Shown here: piece by piece, positions 58,801-64,000 of the stretch | Position numbering within the stretch: the first letter of the stretch is position 1 | How the letters are laid out: every line of letters starts with the position of its first letter | From: Macrostomum hystrix | Taxonomy: Eukaryota > Animalia > Platyhelminthes | Assembly (NCBI GenBank): GCA_950097015.1 | Contig: CATNEN010000038.1 | Span: 21,576,001 to 21,640,000 of the forward strand | Reading direction: 5' to 3' | DNA: 64,000 bases | The notes under the pieces: model-generated | Seen by the model: the letters and a program-made list of their open reading frames with translations, nothing else | What the model was told of the DNA's origin: nothing | Database searches by the model: none | Translations under genes and position numbers: made by a program

Positions 58801-61800
58801 ATGCGCTTGAAATTAGAAAACAGCGAGCCACATCTGGTGCCACATTTCTATTCTGGCTGCTGGCTCTAACACACTTCTGTCTGGCCTTACAATCCGAGGC
58901 TAGGACTCTATATGTAAGTTATAATTTAATTAGCGTTAATAATAGTAGCAAAAACTGCTCAATGTAAATAGAATCCTCGGGAAATTCTCGATTGACTGCT
59001 TGAAAATTAAATAAACTGCTCAAACAATTTAAAGTGGACTTCTCAAATAATTCCAAAAGGACTGCTCAAAAGTTAAAACAACACTGCTCAGATAGTTCCC
59101 AAACTAATGCTCAGAAAATAATTCAAAGTAGACTGCTCAAATAGTTGCAAATTGACTACTCAAATAGTTGTAAATAGACCTGCTCAAAAAGACTGCTCAG
59201 AAAATTCAAATTACACTGCTTACCTTGTTCCAAACAGACTGCTTAAATATATACAGACTGCTCAAATATATATTAATAGACTGCTCAAATATATATTAAT
59301 AGACTGCTCAAATATATATTAATAGACTGCTCAAATATATATTAATAGACTGCTCAAATATATATTAATAGACTGCTTAAATATATGTTAATAGACTGCT
59401 CAAATATATGTTAATAGACTGCTCAAATATATATTAATAGACTGCTTAAATATATGTTAATAGACTGCTCAAATATATGTTAATAGACTGCTCAAATATA
59501 TATTAATAGACTGCTTAAATATATATTAATAGACTGCTTAAATATATACAGACTGCTCAAATATATACAGACTGCTCAAATATATATTAATAGACTGCTT
59601 AAATATATATTAATAGACTGCTTAAATATATACAGACTGCTTAAATATATACAGACTGCTTAAATATATATTAATAGACTGCTCAAATATATATTAATAG
59701 ACTGCTTAAATATATGTTAATAGACTGCTTAAATATATGTTAATAGACTGCTTAAAATATGTTAATAGACTGCTTAAATATATGTTAATAGACTGCTTAA
59801 ATATATGTTTATAGACTGCTCAAATATATGTTAATAGACTGCTTAAATATATGTTAATAGACTGCTTAAAATATGTTAATAGACTGCTCAAATATATACA
59901 GACTGCTTAAATATATATTAATAGACTGCTCAAATATATATTAATAGACTGCTTAAATATATGTTAATAGACTGCTCAAATATATATTAATAGACTGCTT
60001 AAATATATGTTAATAGACTGCTCAAATATATATTAATAGACTGCTTAAATATATGTTAATAGACTGCTTAAAATATGTTAATAGACAGCTCAAATAGTTG
60101 TAAATAGACTGCTCAAATAGTTGTAAATAGACTGCTCAAATAGTTGTAAATAGACTGCTCAAATAGTTGTAAATAGACTGCTCAAATAGTTGTAAATAGA
60201 CTGCTCAAATAGTTGTAAATAGACCTGCTCAAATAGTTGTAAATAGACTGCTCAAATAGTTGTAAATAGACTGCTCAAATATTTGTAAATAGACTGCTCA
60301 AATAGTTGTAAATAGACTGCTCAAATAGTTGTAAATAGACTGCTCAAATAGTTGTAAATAGACTGCTCAAATAGTTGTAAATAGACTGCTCAAATATTTG
60401 TAAATAGACTGCTCAAATAGTTGTAAATAGACTGCTCAAATAGTTGTAAATAGACTGCTCAAATAGTTGTAAATAGACTGCTCAAATAGTTGTAAATAGA
60501 CTGCTCAAATAGTTGTAAATAGACTGCTCAAATAGTTGTCAATAGACCTGCTCAAATAGTTGTAAATAGACTGCTCAAATAGTTGTAAATAGACTGCTCA
60601 AATAATTCTAAAAGAGTGCTCAATTTGTTGATAAAGACAGCTCAAATAGTAAGTCGAAACAGTTGCTCATTATTTATTTGTCTTCCCATTTCGTTGCAGC
60701 TGTACCAAACCTGGCCGCAAAAGTTTGCCCTGCTGATCGCCTACACAGTCTTATCCTTCGTTGGCCTAATTGCGTCCACCGCCTCTGGCTTGGCGCCGGA
60801 CACTTCGACGAAGATCAGTTCAACAGCGTCTGGTTCAGTTGCCGCTGTCTGTCCCGAGTTGACAGCCAACTACCTGTCCCGCCTGTCATTCTGGTGGATG
60901 ACGCCGCTAATTATCAGGGGCTATAAGAAGCCGTTAACCTACGCCTCTCTGTTTCAATTGAATTCGCGCGACGATTGCGTCAATCTGTTTCCTAGATTTA
61001 AACAGGCCTGGAATGCTTGCGTTCGAGTAGCGGCCGAGGATAAACAAAAGACTGCAGCGAAGGAGTCTGTCAACGGACCTGGCAAGGCTAATAGGATTCG
61101 TTTCATTAATCGACTCATCTCTGAAGATAGCAGCGGGGGTGGTCCTGTTGATGAGTTTGTTAGTATGAAATCCATTGCCTGCGAAAATCCAGAATTAGAA
61201 AGGTTTGATGAACAGCCGATTAAAGACCCTACAGTTACTACTGATGCCAAGGCAGATACTACTGCCGCTGCCGCTGGTGCAGACGATGCCGCTGCTGAAC
61301 GACCGCCACCAACTGACGGCACCAAGCTCTGTCCCGACCAGAAGGAGAAGCAGACTGAAAAGGTAAAAATTTAGAAATCTAAGGAGGATTTAAAAAAAAC
61401 TCCTAGGGAGGTTTAAAAATAGAAATTCCAGGTGGATTTAAAAATAGTGATCCCACGTGGATTTCAGAATATAAATCCCAGGTGGATTTCAGAATAGTGA
61501 TCCCACGTGGATTTCAGAATATAAATCCCAGGTGGATTTCAAAATAGAAATCCCAAGTGGATTTCAGAATATAAATCCCAGGTGGATTTCAAAATATAAA
61601 TCCCAGGTGGATTTCAAAATATAAATCCCAGTTGGATTTCAGAATATAAATCCCAGGTGGATTTCACAATAGTGATCCCACGTGGATTTCAGAATATAAA
61701 TCCCAGGTGGATTTCAAAATAGAAATCCCAAGTGGATTTCAGAATATAAATCCCAGGTGGATTTCAAAATATAAATCCTAGGTGGATTTCAGAATAGTGA

Positions 61801-63361
61801 TCCCACGTGGATTTCAGAATATAAATCCCAGGTGGATTTCAAAATATAAATCCCAGGTGGATTTCAGAATAGTGATCCCAATTGGATTTCAGAATAGCAA
61901 TCCCAAGTGGATTTCAGAATGGCAATCCCAGGTGGATTTCAAAATGGCAATCCCAGGTGGATTTCAGAATAGCAATCCCAATTGGATTTCAGAATAGCAA
62001 TCCCAAGTGGATTTCAGAATGGCAATCCCAGGTGGATTTCAAAATGGCAATCCCAGGTGGATTTCAGAATAGCAATCCCAATTGGATTTCAGAATAGCAA
62101 TCCCAAGTGGATTTCAGAATGGCAATCCCAGGTGGATTTCAAAATGGCAATCCCAGGTGGATTTCAGAATAGCAATCCCAATTGGATTTCAGAATAGCAA
62201 TCCCAATTGGATTTCAGAATAGCAATCCCAAGTGGATTTCAGAATGGCAATCCCAGGTGGATTTCAAAATGGCAATCCCAGGTGGATTTCAGAATAGCAA
62301 TCCCAATTGGATTTCAGAATAGCAATCCCAAGTGGATTTCAGAATGGCAATCCCAGGTGGATTTCAAAATGGCAATCCCAGGTGGATTTCAGAATAGCAA
62401 TCCCAATTGGATTTCAGAATAGCAATCCCAATTGGATTTCAGAATAGCAATCCAAAGTGGATTTCAGAATAGCAATCCCAAGTGAATTAAAAATAGAAAT
62501 TCCTGAGATAATTTGAAGTATAAATTTCTGGGAAAATTAAAAATAAAAATCCCAGGTGGATTTCAGAATATAAATTCCTGGGATAATTTAAAATTGAAAT
62601 CCCAAGAGCATGGCAAAAATTTCGTAAAAAATGATTTACACACAGAAGGAATTAAATATAATCTCCATCTCTTACAACCCATTAATTTTTAGCCCGACGA
62701 TATCTTCAATCCCATCGTACTCAAAGTACTATTTAGAATGTTTGCTCCCAGCATCCTATTGAGTGTGTCGTTAAAATTCTTCTACGATCTATTAAACTTT
62801 GCTGGCACTCTAATACTGAAAGCAATTCTGAAATATCTGCAATCCGGCGCATTGTTCGAATGGCGCGGCTATTTGTATGTCGGATTAATCTTCCTAGCCG
62901 GCATATTACAGACGGCCATACTTCATCAGTACTTTCACATTGTATTCGTACTGGGAATGCAGATAAGAACTAGCTTAGTCTGCGCTGTCTATAACAAATC
63001 GTTGAGGCTGTCAAATCAGGCTAGAAAAGCGACTACAACTGGATCCATTGTTAACCTGATGTCTGTCGATTCCTTCAAGTTTCAAGAGCTAATGTCCTAC
63101 ATTAACATTCTATGGTCTGGACCGCTGCAAATTATCATCTGTCTGGTATTGCTCTATCAAGAACTGGGTCCTTCCATATTTGCCGGCGTTGCTGTGCTAA
63201 TCATTCTAATACCGTTTAACGGCATACTAGCCAAGTATATGAAAAAGTTTCAAGTGCAACAGATGGAACTAAAAGATACTAGGATTAAAATGATTAGCGA
63301 AATTCTTGCCGGTATTCGAGTTATCAAACTGTACGCCTGGGAGCTGGCTTTCGCTCAACAG
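55816..63361 (+). CDS. ABCC1: ABCC/MRP1-like transporter, TMD0-L0-TMD1 exons: 55816-56016, 57472-57585, 58782-58913, 60700-61362, 62693-63361; continues beyond window
   Basis: W.T..PDLT.CF, CPE..A..LSRLSFWWMT, GSIVNLMSVD, IRVIKLYAWE; all exons AG/GT-bounded, phase 0. Confidence 0.88.
56080..56230 (+). mobile_element. 3' part of the tRNA/CORE SINE family
   Basis: Reverse complement of ~6175-6310. Confidence 0.8.
56390..57315. repeat. (tgtctc/tgtccc)n microsatellite with ~70-bp higher-order repeat
   Basis: Direct reading. Confidence 0.9.
58036..58560. repeat. ttcaggacca-core minisatellites (24/30-bp units, then 21-bp units)
   Basis: Direct reading. Confidence 0.9.
59250..60605. repeat. ~23-bp agactgctcaaat-core minisatellite, two variant blocks
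   Basis: Direct reading. Confidence 0.92.
61425..62485. repeat. 25-bp minisatellite with 100-bp higher-order unit
   Basis: ggatttcagaatagcaatcccaagt units. Confidence 0.92.
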
Positions 63362-63480
63362 GTAAGTTATGTACTTTCACCCTTTTTAATGTTAAAATGA
63401 ACTCTTAAATCGGGTAATTGAGGGTGGTTGTGGCGTCCCCCCCAGTCCATGGACTGATCAGCCGTACGCAGCCTTCAGAT

Positions 63481-64000
63481 CCCTGTAAGAAATTCGGCTG
63501 CTTCTTCGGCGGGTTTTTTGTGCAAAATAGGAGTGGAATCTACCGAAATCCCCCCTATCTCGCAAGAGTTAAAGAAACCACTCAGGAAGCAGCCGATGTG
63601 ATCGAAAATTTTGCGGAAACCGCCGAATAATCACCCGAACCAGTGGCCCATGGGACAACCAGAGAATTATTTACGGTCGATTCCTCGGCGTTTTCTGAGC
63701 AAGGAATCTTCCGAACTAGAGGATTCTTCGGTTGATTCCATTTCGCCACTAAGAAGCACCGAGAAACCGCCCACCCGCTAAAAAATAGGGATGTTTCTTT
63801 GGGTGATTCCAGTTGGAATCTGCGGTGTTTCCAGAAAAAGAAACAGCCGAACGCTGAAAACATATCAATCGGATGATTCCATGCTTAGAATCTACCCAAC
63901 TGGGTGATTCTTTGGTGGTTTCCGCACAATTTACGGTTACATCGGCTGCTTCCTGGGTGGTTTCTTTAACTCTTGCGAGATAGAGGGGGTTTTGGTAGAT
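63481..64000. mobile_element. Palindromic MITE-like element interrupting a SINE copy (63408-63480); runs off the window
   Basis: 63538-63640 is inverted at ~63900-64000. Confidence 0.7.

Noticed and set aside
61782-62422. Four near-identical 71-aa ORFs
   Set aside because: Product of the 25/100-bp intronic satellite

Overview
Repeat-rich animal nuclear DNA with GT-AG introns and no prokaryotic features. An invertebrate origin, possibly a flatworm, is inference only. The centrepiece is a complete 15,346-bp Polinton/Maverick (adintovirus-type) endogenous virus at 29208-44553. It has AGTAGT...ACTACT ends, a perfect 6-bp TSD (TTTTGC) and 0.6-0.7 kb TIRs. Core genes are protein-primed PolB (with an HNH/EndoVII insert), DDE integrase, adenain protease, A32 packaging ATPase (one in-frame nonsense codon), and major and minor capsid proteins. 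It also has a candidate entry/egress set: a parvovirus-type PLA2, an adenovirus pX/mu-like protein, G-x-G-cleaved core proteins, and a PSAP/LYP late-domain membrane-hairpin protein. Host genes are an SLC16/MCT-like transporter (-), a discoidin-like + five tandem 234-nt Ig-exon single-pass receptor (-), an isolated MCT exon (+) and the 5' part of an ABCC/MRP1-like gene (+). Other mobile DNA comprises Foldback/NOF-type MULEs, a decayed mariner, a gypsy element (tRNA-His PBS, -1 frameshift signal), an iMet-primed LTR fragment, a LINE RT fragment, a tRNA/CORE-type SINE family, MITEs and many intronic minisatellites. Coordinates were read by eye, and repeat edges are approximate.
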